Notes under the pieces: generated by a model
Seen by the model: only the letters and a program-made list of their open reading frames with translations
The model's database searches: none
Told to the model about the DNA's origin: nothing
NCBI GenBank assembly: GCA_964035545.1
Contig: OZ037767.1
Location: 25,870,628-25,934,627, forward strand
Direction: 5' to 3'
Length of the DNA stretch: 64,000 nucleotides
DNA from: Bugula neritina
Taxonomy: Eukaryota > Animalia > Bryozoa
Translations under genes and position numbers: made by a program
Shown here: positions 1-12,082 of the stretch, piece after piece
Position numbering within the stretch: position 1 is the first letter of the stretch
Layout of the letters: each line of letters starts with the position of its first letter

Positions 1-1085
1 TTGGCAAATGCAAGACCATAGTGATAGTGATGCTGATAGCGATAGTAATACTATTGGTAATTTTTATTTATTAAATTTAATATAATAATAAATATTGAGT
101 GCGTTTTTACTGATGTTGCGATTGCTATTATATTTATAATATTAATATCCAGTAAGAGTGTGATATGGACTGTAAGATCAGTATACTCATACTTATATTC
201 ATACTCATACCAATTATTATAAGTATATGTATACTCATGCTCACAGTGACATTTACTTGTAACTACTTATTCATATATTTTAATTTATCTATTGCTATAT
301 TAACTTTAATAGTAAGATACTATATCATTTAGTTTCATTAGAAGTATAATAATCGTAGTATACATTGGTGATTGGTGGTTAGTTGTTTAATTTTATAGTT
401 ATAATTATTGACTGCATTCAATTATAATTAACATTCTATTCTAATAAATTTAGTAGACACCTGAGTTTTTAGTTGTAAGCAGTATTCATTTAATTTATAA
501 CTTCACTCATTTCCTATAATTACACTTCTTCTTACCATGATTTTAAAACTTATAACTTTCAGACTCAATTGCTCAATATGCAAGTAATAGTGGTAACTGA
601 TGAAATATTTTACTGTTATATAGTTATATATTATAATAATATATTATGATTAATTTATATTCTATTGTTTTAAAATTTATATTTACACGTTAATCAATAA
701 ATTACTGACTATCTAATACACTTTGCGGCATTGTGATTTTTTGAATACATAAAAATATGCTTTGATGTTTTACTGCGCTGATCAAATTGAGTATATATAT
801 TATTTTTTAGTTTATCAACAATGTCTTTCACTCATCCAAACAGTTATATTTGATTATTATAATTTTTACTATTTATAAGAACTAAATAAATACATTTTAT
901 AGTTGGCCCAAGAAGCTTGCAGACTTTTTGTCTAGTTTTCAGTTTGTTTATTTTGCAGAGCAGCAGATCATGACAATCAAAACATTCTAAGTAAAGAATT
1001 TATGCTTTTGTACATTTAGGAACATTTAGAAGCAAAAAAATCAAATTTGGTGGCCTATTCTAAAAGTTGTAGACAGCAAGCTATC

Positions 1086-1253
1086 ATGTCTTTGATGCTG
1101 TGTAAAAAGTGTTTCACAAAGTTCCGTGGAAGTCAGCAATTTCGAACTCTGGCAGCTTATTCAACTCTGGCACTTGATGGAAACTATGCATGGGTTAGAC
1201 AGAGCAAAGGTCCTAGGTAATTGAGTATAGAGCCTAATAATCAATGTAATATG

Positions 1254-1293
<40 letters not shown>

Positions 1294-4200
1294 TGTATGA
1301 TTATTTGTGTTTTTAGAATATGCTCAGCCGCCTAAACAATCCAACGAATGCTTACATTAACCTGACAATGCAAAATAGACCTCTATTTAGTTTAATTTTA
1401 CATGGTTATGATAAAAGAAATGTTTATCAAATCATTCTATGTTTGTGTTTTTAATGGATAGACTGGTATTGAAGAAACACGCTGTGCCTCATCTTAGCAA
1501 CCCTCATGATGTGCTGATTCAAGTGAAGGCTGCCAGTGTAAATCCTATGGATGTTAGGATGATAGGTAAGTTGTCTGCCCATTATTATCTCCAATAGGAA
1601 TTTACTTATTTTTAACCACTTACTGATCCACAACTTTTGAAGCAGTCTACTGTGTTGCATGTTTTGGCTACATATGACAGGGAGTTGTCTCATCATTTGA
1701 TCAGTAACTTTCCTATGTTAAAGCGTACATGAGTGTGTCATGAGGTACTTGATGTGTATTTCATATTCAAGTCAGTTAAACAGAAATATTGTAGAAGAAA
1801 TTGTTTTAATGATACATATTCATTCTTTACTTTGCTCTCAGCCGTATCTCCATCTTTTGTTCAGAGAGATATGGGGAGACAATTCTCAATGCGTATAGTA
1901 AGGTCAAACAGCTGTCCGATGATCCACTTTCCTGGTGCAGTAAGTGCTTAATGTGTTGCAATCTGGTTCCAATAGTAAACTATTAGAAACTAATTTGACC
2001 AGTGTGTTTTTATTTAGCCACTGGAGAACAGGAGTTGTGTTCCCAATAACATGTTCAATATTCCAATACTTCCTAGAATTGTGCTCTCGCTATAAAGCAG
2101 AATTTTAATAATTTATGTTACAACTTGTATCTAATGTTTTTTGGAATATTATTGCTTTTGTAGCATACAAAACATACACCTTTCATTTATACTTCAAATA
2201 TCATTTATATTTCATTGCTTTTTGGAGTTGTCATTTCCAAAGAAATTTAGGGTTTTTTTCTCCTAGAATTTCCATGCAACATGCCTGTTATATTTGTCAA
2301 TTTTCCAGCCGCCAATCCGCTCAATGAAACAGTTTCAACATCTGTGTTGGGAAGAGACTTCTCGGGAGTTGTGGAGTCGGTCGGCCATCTTGTTACCCGA
2401 TTTAAACCCGGAGATGAAGTAAGTAAGCGCCACTGTCATAGAGGAAATACAGATACATATTGCTTGCTCAACAGTTTTACAATTATGATAATAAGGTTGT
2501 GTTTTAGGTTACACAGTGTGCAGTTGGTAAACAGCAATACTAAATTAAAATATATGTAATGACAAAAATCAAAAAGCATCATATTGGTATCATTTCCAGT
2601 TGCATAATTTAATAATCATTTTGCAGTTTTGTTTTATTTCACAAGTTATTTTTATAATGTGTGTCTTTAATTTGTGTGAAATGATTCAATCTCAAGCTTT
2701 GAAATGATGCAGCACAGTGCTAAGTGACAGAATATCTTCCACTTGCTGGTTTATAAGTATCTTGTTAGAGCGAGGTCTACAGTTTACGTATTACTTTAGG
2801 TTTATGGCGCCACCGACCCAGCTATGGAGGGTTCACATTCACTGTACACTGTAGTTCCCCAGAATTGTGTAAGTTTTCTCAGTTTACAGTATGAGATTCT
2901 GATATGCATGTGTTTGCTGTTATATGGTATTCCTTCACGGAGCGTCACTATTATCTCTTTCTTCACATAGATCTCTTTAAAGCCTGAGAACCTAAGTCAC
3001 ATAGAGTCTGCGTCTTTCCCTTACGCCGCCCTCACTTTCCTCTCAGCTGTGAAGTTGTATACTAAGTGTAAAGGTCCCATAACTAATCAAAGGTAATGTT
3101 TTAGCCACTACAATGTGAACAGTTTAACACAGAAAATAATTTCAATAATTCTCTGTAGTGTTACCTTTATATTACTAGAATAACTTAAAGCTTTATGGAG
3201 TATATTTTTTGTCATTAATGCATTTTTCTAGTGATAGTGATTATTGTTATTATCGCTAACAGAATGTTCGCTGCTAGAGTTTTTAATTTTTGTGCTGTCA
3301 TTAAATCATAAGTTTAACTGAAAAGACGGCTCTCAAACATCTTTGTTGTAGTTGATATGTTATGTGAGAAATATTCCAGTTGCCATGCTGTATTTGTAGG
3401 GTACTAGTAAGTGGTGGTGCTGGTGGGGTGGGTACTTTTGCTATTCAGTATCTTAAAGCAATGGGTTGTGAGGTGTCTGTATGTGTCTCTGAAACAGGAT
3501 ATGAGGTAGTCAAGGGCTTGAATCCCGACTATATTCTAGATTATAAGGCTGAGGAGTTTGAGCGAGAGTTAAGGCAACTTGCCGGGTAAGTTAATCTAGG
3601 CTCAGACTCTTAAACTGGTGTTGATTTACTTTACATTTATCTGCGCAACTGCACTGAAAAACCTACATTATACAGGTTTATGATTTCTAGTTCTTTATGT
3701 TTATATTCTAAATTATTTTTATTACCAATACAGTTACACGGTTGTATTTTGTTCAGTGCTTACTTTGATGTTCTAGACAAATATACATGTATTTTTTTTA
3801 AATTCAGCCTTTTAAAATTCAGCGTTTAACTATGCGAAAGATTCTTATCCAGAAAATAAGCAATGTCAGTATAAGCTTCTGTTTTCTAAAACAAGTTGAA
3901 TAGTTTTTAATAAATTTGAGTTTTTTGACAGGTATGCATGTTGAAGCGTTTTAGTGTAATAGTTTGTTGCTGTAGTGTGATAGTCTGTTACTGTAGTGGG
4001 ATAGTCTGTTACTGTAGTGTAATAGTTTGTTACTGTAGTGTGATAGTTTGTTACTGTAGTGTAATAGTCTGTTACTGTAGTGTGATAGTCTGTTATTGTA
4101 GGTTTGACATTGTCTTTGATCTGGCTGGTGATGAAACAGCTCTGAAGTATGTGAAACCAACTGGGTGGTTCCTGGCAGCAAATAGCCCTTTATTGAAGGC

Positions 4201-5529
4201 AGCAGACGACCGGGGGTTGGTCAGTGGCAGCGTGCAGTCATCTTACATGCTGACTAGCAAGGTGGTGCAGGTGCGAGGTGAAGATAGATTTCTGTATTTT
4301 CAATTCACTGGTAGAATTTAGTGCTGAAGTTCAGCCACTGAATAATTATTTTGGGAACGAAAGAATAATTTTATGTCATTTGGCTGTATAGCCATTTTCT
4401 AGCCACTTTTTGTGGTATATTGACATCTAGTCATTCTGAATTGTTTTATATATAAATTTAAGAAGTAGAATATAAATGTGGTCATTTAACTGCAGTTGTA
4501 CTTATGGGATATGAGCCTATGAATTAGATATGTTCACCTTATTAGATGGCAGTCTGAATAATTTCTTATTATTTCTAAAAACTCTTGAAATTGAAACTTG
4601 AAAAGTCCATTAATTAGATTTTATATTTTTTTAGATTTAATTTCTATATTTATATAAGACTGCTGTTGAAACGAACCGTAAAGAGTCATTGATTAGTCAA
4701 GTAACCAGACTGCTAGTAGGATCTATACTCATGCCAATCTGTTTGGGCAACTTGCAATGTCTTGCTCTGTCAGTAATACAAACTCCTATAACCTTAAGTA
4801 AAGTTCGCCTGTTGTGCATGTTGTAGGCTCTGTATAATCATGGAGTACACTATAGCTGGATATTCTTTACACCTAGCGCTGCATCTCTTGAAGAAATCAA
4901 GTTACTAGCTGAAAACAATAAGGTAAGGTAGTATTGAGCTACAATAAGGTAAGGTAGCGTTGAGCTTCTGGTAGTCACCTATATTGTACAATATGTACTG
5001 TACATTGCTCAGTGAACTTTGAAATCTTAGCTAATATGTACGCCATGAGTTCGATATTATTGAAAAAGAAGTGAAATCGCTGATCAATAATACTTGAAAT
5101 TATTGAGCAAATTGTAATGGGAGAGGCTTGACGAATGCCAGTTTAGTTTTTATTTGTTAAAGTTGTACAGGAATCTTTTAAAGCTATTATCAATATGCTT
5201 TTGTACAACTTTTACAATAAAACTATATTAACCAGCATAGCTAGCATAGCTTCGGTCAGAATGTGGAATTGTTAAGAAACAAATGCATCGTGTATGCTAA
5301 ATCCCATCCACTCTACTTGATTTGATTAGTTGATTTATGACAATCTAAGAAGTTCATTGAACTAAGTGAGTTGTGAAGTTTATGCATCTGTTTATAGATT
5401 AGGCCGATAATTGATGAGACTTTTGCATTCGACAAGATGTCTGAGGCGTATGCTAAAGTCGGGAAGATGAAAGGACGTGGTAAAGTTGTTGTCGACATGG
5501 AGAAGTTTGGAGAATTGTGTGTGGACTGA
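1086..5529 (+). CDS. RTN4IP1: Reticulon-4-interacting protein 1-like mitochondrial NAD(P)H quinone oxidoreductase (MDR superfamily), 10 coding exons, ~397 aa
   Basis: Exons 1086-1216, 1462-1565, 1865-1939, 2309-2418, 2800-2868, 2971-3092, 3400-3585, 4102-4270, 4827-4922 and 5398-5529 join in frame with GT-AG introns. Motifs: VKAASVNPMD, LGRDFSGVV, FKPGDEVYG, SASFPYAALT, Rossmann VLVSGGAGGVGTFAIQ, C-terminal GRGKVVV. The basic N-terminus resembles a mitochondrial presequence. Confidence 0.88.
1254..1294. repeat. (GTGC)n microsatellite in RTN4IP1 intron 1
   Basis: Directly visible tetranucleotide run. Confidence 0.95.
3952..4101. repeat. 21-bp minisatellite (~7 copies, gtgtgatagtctgttactgta) ending at a splice acceptor
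   Basis: Visible tandem array; it produces the CYCSVIV pseudo-ORF; the last unit supplies the tgtag acceptor at 4101. Confidence 0.92.
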
Positions 5530-5689
5530 GTTCCCAGCTTCAGAAGGTGTTATGAACATTGCAGATTAGAAGAATATGAGGCTATTTAGGCTGAATCAGT
5601 AGTTGTGAACAATGAAGATGTTTTTACAAAAGTTTTAGCACTTTTGGAATTCTGGCTATCTAAGATTTTGATTTTACGAAATCCCCTCA

Positions 5690-5868
5690 TTACTGTTGAC
5701 TGACTGGTTACTGTTGACTGACTGGTTACTGTTGACTGACTGGTTACTGTTAACTGACTGGTTACTGTTGACTGACTGGTTACTGTTGACTGAGTGGTTA
5801 CTGTTAACTGACTGGTTACTGTTAACTGACTGGTTACTGTTAACTGACTGGTTACGGTTGACTGGTTG
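5690..5868. repeat. 18-bp minisatellite (ctgactggttactgttga, ~9-10 copies) in the probable RTN4IP1 3' UTR
   Basis: Visible tandem array; it produces the TDWLLL pseudo-ORF. Confidence 0.93.
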
Positions 5869-6983
5869 TATACTGATATCTAGTGTGTTACTGTGGCTGT
5901 AAATAACTTATTTGCCTTTCACTTTCTGTCTTTGTTAATTTATTGGTCTTGTTTTTGTCGCATTTTCCAAAATAATGTTCATTTAAGTGCTGTAAATATT
6001 ATTATTTTTTCCAATTATTTTCAACAACTCCACCACTTCTTAAATATTAGAAATGTTTTTTATTTTTCAATTAACAATCTGATAATACTAGATATTGTAA
6101 TGAATACATCTAAAATAAAGTAAACTTTTTGCTATTGGCACCAGTTGAGGCTTTATCAAATTGAAATCTTTACCTGATCTGTGCATTGGTATATTGGTAG
6201 TTTTAGCCGTGTTTTAGTTACTGCTTATCTAATTCTTAACTCAAAAGTGGTTACATGAAATATAAATATATATTAATAGAATATAAATTTAGGGGCATAC
6301 AGTGGTTACTGAAATTCTTAAATATATCCTTATATAAATAAAAATCATTAGTAGGAAAACGTCTAACAGAAACTGTACACTGCATATTATGAAAGTAAAC
6401 ATTGAAAAGGGAGGGGGTTAATAAATCCTGTAAAGTATAAATAAGAGCAGCCATAGTCTAATGGTTAAAACACTGGCTTAGTAAAAATAAGGTTAGCACC
6501 GCAAAATATCCATGCGTCTACACATATATGTTTTTCAACTTGTTTTTATTACACACTTGTTTTCCTATATTACACTATCTTTCGCTCATTTCTAATTCTC
6601 TATCGTCTATGTTACTAAAAAGCAATACTTTTCTGCCATGAAATATAATTGCAATACAATATTTATTATTTCTCAGATGCTCCACAAGTTATATTTGTTA
6701 GCTTAGCATTGACTTCTAAGTATCCCACACTTTGCTATACGGGACAGTTAGAACCCTTTGCCAACTTTGCCTGAGAGTGTATATTATCTACGAAGGCTAA
6801 ACTTGATTATGCTGCAACTAGATAGTAGCCTCTTGAGATGCTTTGATTCAATTCTTTCCCATATTGATTAATGGCATTTGAATAATATAAATTATTAGTT
6901 ATTTCAAGAGTGTCAGCATAGTACAGAAAATCGCTTGTTACATTCTACTATGTCAGATATAAGCACTAGGTGAGTCTTTCAAG

Positions 6984-9900
6984 ATGGCTACTTTCTACCA
7001 CCGACGACACGCAATACCAAATTGCACTGTGCATATTGCTGTGTATTGTTTGCTGTTTGTCGTGTGCCACTCCCAGCGCTATACCAGAAATAATATCAAC
7101 CACGTTAAAACTGCTGGTAAGTTCAATGTTTGTGTGAATTTACTGCATCTAGCCAAGCAGACTTAACGGACAATATCATGTAGTACATATGTATAAGGTG
7201 CAAAGGTCAACACGTAGAAAAAAGTATACATGTTAATTTAAATCTAATTTTTTAAATAAATTTAAATAGTGCTAGGAGACAACACCTGATTTTCTATATG
7301 AAGAAATATAAAATTACGCATCAGGTTCAACTGCAAAATTCTGTCTGTGTAAAAATAGAAAGTTTTGATGACAATGACTGAAATAGCTCTCAGATCTCTC
7401 ATCCTTAACACCCAACCCCACCCCAAACCCTAATATTGAAAATGTGCTATTTTTATCTACTTTGCCATTTGTGCCCTTATTACCTGTGGCGTTATTACCT
7501 GTGCCATTTTTACCTGTGCCATTCTTACCTGTGCCCTTTTTACCAAATACTGGTAACTCATACGGCTATTATTTTATAAATAGTCTAAAAGTTGAAATTT
7601 TTAAAGATCATCTTGTAAAACTTACAGCTCTTAATTGCCCACTGCTTAATTGACTTAATAGACTAGCTTTAAAAACATAAAATTATTTGCACTCGACATG
7701 CCTGTGATGTATTTTCTCACATATGCACTACACAAAAAATACAATTATTAATATTTTAGTGGCCCTCATTGCTATTCCCTAGATAAATCATGCTCATGGA
7801 TTCAATTAGCATTTTATTGCATTGTAAAAGTATTAGTTTAATTTGTAACGGTAGATTAGGCATCCCAACCTTAGGGGCAAAACATGTGTAGCAGCTAACA
7901 TCTTTATTGACTAAAAACATAAATTCAGAGAAATGCTTTCTAAACTTTATTTCGATTAGTTTGCAGTCAGAGGGAAATTTGGCAAACAGGTTGTTAGGTA
8001 TAATTTAACAGTTTTAGTAGAGAGTTATTTAAAAAGTAATTTGAACAGAATCTGTTTTCCTTAAGGCTAAAGCATACTATAGCAAGACTATGGGAGTAAA
8101 TTGCTTTTTAGAATAGCTTGGCAATATCAAACTGAAATATACTGCTCACCAAAGTAAAAACATCAGCATAATACTTGATTTTTGTCAACAGTTGAGGCCG
8201 TCTGTTTCTACTTTCTGTTATATACCAACTGAACAAGAACCATGATTATAAAAGGTACGAATGTGAAAACTGTAACTATTAAATTCTTTTCTCAATAATA
8301 AACATAATAAAATTTAAGTTTTTAATAAGAAAATTAAAATGATGCTATTACTACTAATTTCTATTTCACTCTGAAAACCAAAATATTCATTGCTAAATAC
8401 TACACGTTTGGTAGTGCAACATGTTTCGTATAGTTTCACATGGTATAGTTTGATATGGTATAGTGACACATGTTTAATGGATTCATAAATTTGGTAGTGT
8501 CACATGTTTCGTATAGTTTCACATGGTATAGTTTCATATGGTATAGTGACACATGTTTAATGGATTCATAAATTTGTTAGTGTCACATGTTTGTTAGTGT
8601 CATATGTTTGGAAGTGACACATGTTTGGTAGTGTCACATGTTTGGTAGTGTCACATGTTTGGTAGTGTCACATGTTTGGTAGTGTCACATGTTTGGTAGT
8701 GTCATTTTATGGACTCCAGTGTGCTTAGGCTCCTGCAACTGGAATAAACTTTACATGTCACAATGTCCTACATTTGGTGGCTTCAGCTTAAACAGAAGAT
8801 TGACAAAATGTCTCAAAAATAGGTCAATATCCTTGATTAAAGCTCAACCTGAATGGTTACTAATTAAAATATTATAGTGATTGCTATTAGTAGTCAGCTA
8901 CACAAACTCAATATAGAAAGCAGATATAGCGTTATCAATAAACATGGGTATACCTGTACACAAGTGGCATAATCTAATGCAACTATACTGTATAAAGAAT
9001 CAGGCTGCCTGTCCACTTTGCATAATCTCTAATAAATATGTGTGAGGCTGCTGTCACTTGAGCAATGGCTGATTAGACAATGCAGATCAGCACCTCATAC
9101 CTGCATGTTGTATTATACAGGTCTTCCACTACGTACACATATTACTATATGATACAATACAGGTATTACACTGTATACTCATATTACTATATGATACAAT
9201 ACAGGTATTACACTGTATACACACATTACTATACAATACAATGCAGGTATTACACTGTATACTCATATTACTATATAATACAATGCAGGTATTACACTGT
9301 ATACTCATATTACTATATAATACAATACAGGTATTCTGTACACTGTATACACATATTACTATATGATGCAATACAGGTATACTGTACACTGTATATACAC
9401 ATTACTATATAATACAATACAGGTATTACACTGTATAATTATACATATTACTATATGATACAATACAGGTATACTGTACACTGTATACACATATTACTAT
9501 ACAATACAATACAGGTATACTGTACACTGTATACACATATTACTATATGATACAATACAGGTATACTGTACACTGTATACACCTAGTTTAGGATAATTGT
9601 AAAAAAGTTGATTTTATGGCAGTACATGTTTTTCTGCAAATTGCGACCAGAAACTAAAAATATTTTAGAATTTATTTCTTAATGAGACCTTTATATGGTA
9701 ACTGAATTTAATTTCAGATAATTTTGAACTTTTCTAAACTGGTCAGGATTACCATAATCCAAAGTTAGTGGCAAGCAAATTACATTTACTCTGAATTGAA
9801 TAGACATTAATCAGTACGTTTCTTCTTGGAGGACAATACCTCTACAATTTATAAAACTTAGAAAAACTCAACTAACTGCAAGCTTAGTTTGCTTCATTAA

Positions 9901-12082
9901 AGAGCATATTGACTGAATCAGTAAAAGATGTTATTAACCATGTATTATAACTAATTGACTCAATTGCTTTTAGACGTTTTGTATTTTAGGAAATGCTTTA
10001 AGAATTTATTTACTGTTTTAGAAAATTTACTATAATTATCTTTTTTTGTTTCTATCATAAATTGGACAGTCTAAAATATATTGATTATAAGTTGACCCAA
10101 AGTATATAATGGTTATAATATACATGTATCAATATAATACAAAGAAGGAGAGTAGGCCTACAACTGTAAAGACTAAATACTATCTGAAATAACATCCAAA
10201 TCTGTTTATAAGCTGTTAGTTACGCATTGATGTTATGTTACAAGAACCTCTGTTGGCTGTTACAAGTGTTGATTATGTTACAGGAGTATCTATTGGCTGT
10301 TATAAGTGTTGATTATGTTACAGGAGCCTCTATTGGCTGTTATAAGTGTCGATTATATTACAGGGGCCTCTATTGGCTGTTACAAGTGTTCATCCACCAA
10401 TGGTTCTGATCCAGACTGTGATGATGAGTTTGTTGCCAAAACATCATACTATCACCCACACTGCATGGCAGCCAAACGCAGCTATGATTCTAGAAATGCA
10501 GCGGGTATAACTGAGCTTCGGAAAGGGCTTTACCCTGCAACCTGGTGCATCAAGTTTAAGGCTGTTGACGGTATTCTAAATTTTAAAAGATGATCAAATT
10601 TTAAATCAAATTGCAGAAATATTTGTTTTGCTAGCCAAATCAAATAATGTTACCATGGTGTGTTTTAATGCTTTTTTTGCAACGCTTATGCAGATTGTCT
10701 CATGTAAGGTATAAGTTATTACAACACATTCATGCATAGCACTGTGGTATTTAAAATTACTTTTGAGAAACATACTATACACACATTAGAACTATCTAAA
10801 AAGAAATTCATATTCTATTATACATTTAAAAAGATGAACAAAAAATGATAAGTTAGGACACTGTAGTATATTGCACTCACACACAACACATACCGCACAA
10901 AACACCGCATATGTAACACTCCACACACATGCATGCCCACACGCCCACATGTTCCCATGCGCACATGCGCAAAGGCACACATGCGCACATACACACATAC
11001 AAAAATGTACATTATAATACTTCAACTAGAAAATTCTGATTTTTCACACTCTAAAACCTATAATGTTTAGATTTTATTGATCTTTTGGATCTTTTACTTT
11101 TACTTTTTTTACAATTTTTATATTTATAGTTTTGCATATTAATAGTTATATCGAAATGGCTAATAGTTACAGTAAGATCTGCAGTTACAGTAGTAATGCC
11201 GTTGCTTAGGAGTAGTCATCAGTATAGAGTTATCACTGTTATACTTAATACTGCAAGGCCATAGTAGAAATTATTTAAATCTTCATTTCTGAGCATACAT
11301 GTATTTATACTGCTGCGTATAGATTAATAATAGAGAAATTGTTAGCTCTTCACACACACACTATACACAATAGTATTAATATCATTTTCTCCTGTAGTGT
11401 TTTACGGCAATATACACTCAATACAAGATGTAATATGTTTCACCTCACATCATGTCATTTTATGCTATTTTATGTTATATTATGTCATTATATAATATTA
11501 TGTTATATTATATTGAATATTATACCATCTCATATCACAGTATAGAATACTATATTATATCATATTATCTTGAATTACACCATATTATGTTACATTGTAT
11601 TACATATATTAGCAGAATTATATCATGGACATATATTAGCCTATATTATATTGTATTATATTATATTGCATTGTATTACATATATATATATATACGGTCA
11701 CCTTTCACTGCCGTGGTTCTGCGCGGGTGATGGGATATTATATATAATGTTATATTACATTTCATTTGATTATATTATGATATATTACATTGTATTATAT
11801 ATTTTGATACGATGTGTTGTAGATCTGACGGGAACTACGTACACCATCAGAGATTGTGCTGCCAACAGTGGGGGAACAACTTACGACACAGAGATAGGTG
11901 GGATTTCACATTGTGGACTCTTACGTAATATTAATTACGATGGCAAAGCTATGAAGGGCTGCATCATGACATGCAATGATAACGGTTGTAACACTGCGTC
12001 AAAACACCGCTCTCATCTATCAGTCATATTATTTGGGTTTCTTGCATCTCTTTATGTTTCCCAACGGCCATTCTTATGTTAA
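6984..12082 (+). CDS. Ly6/uPAR three-finger protein, Quiver/Sleepless-like, probably GPI-anchored, 3 exons, ~199 aa
   Basis: Exons 6984-7116, 10364-10570 and 11823-12082 with phase-1 introns. Hydrophobic signal, CYKC start, 10 cysteines ending GCIMTCNDNGCN, then a hydrophobic C-terminal tail. Confidence 0.82.
7405..7525 (+). mobile_element. Partial copy of a dispersed non-autonomous repeat with 15-bp ttacctgtgccattt subrepeats
   Basis: Closely similar to 38942-39066 (aaaccctaatattgaaaatgtgctattttta...tttgccatttgtg...). Confidence 0.75.
8405..8704. repeat. 17-bp minisatellite (gtttggtagtgtcacat) with an ~83-bp higher-order duplication at its 5' end
   Basis: Visible tandem array in Ly6 intron 1. 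Confidence 0.88.
9133..9582. repeat. 39-44-bp minisatellite (acacatattactatatgatacaatacaggtattacactgtat), ~11 copies
   Basis: Visible tandem array; source of the Tyr-rich pseudo-ORFs. Confidence 0.92.
10231..10390. repeat. 40-bp tandem repeat (4 copies) spanning the intron/exon-2 boundary of the Ly6 gene
   Basis: Units start at 10231, 10271, 10311 and 10351; consensus gattatgttacag|gagcctctattggctgttacaagtgtt. Confidence 0.93.

Noticed and set aside
5696-5902. TDWLLL-repeat ORF, and the repeat ORFs at 9080-9412 and 20183-20578
   Set aside because: Translations of tandem repeats with no splice or coding support.
6447-6492. Possible third SINE head (tagtctaatggttaaaacactggcttagt)
   Set aside because: Only a short A-box-like match with no B box or body; too weak to call.
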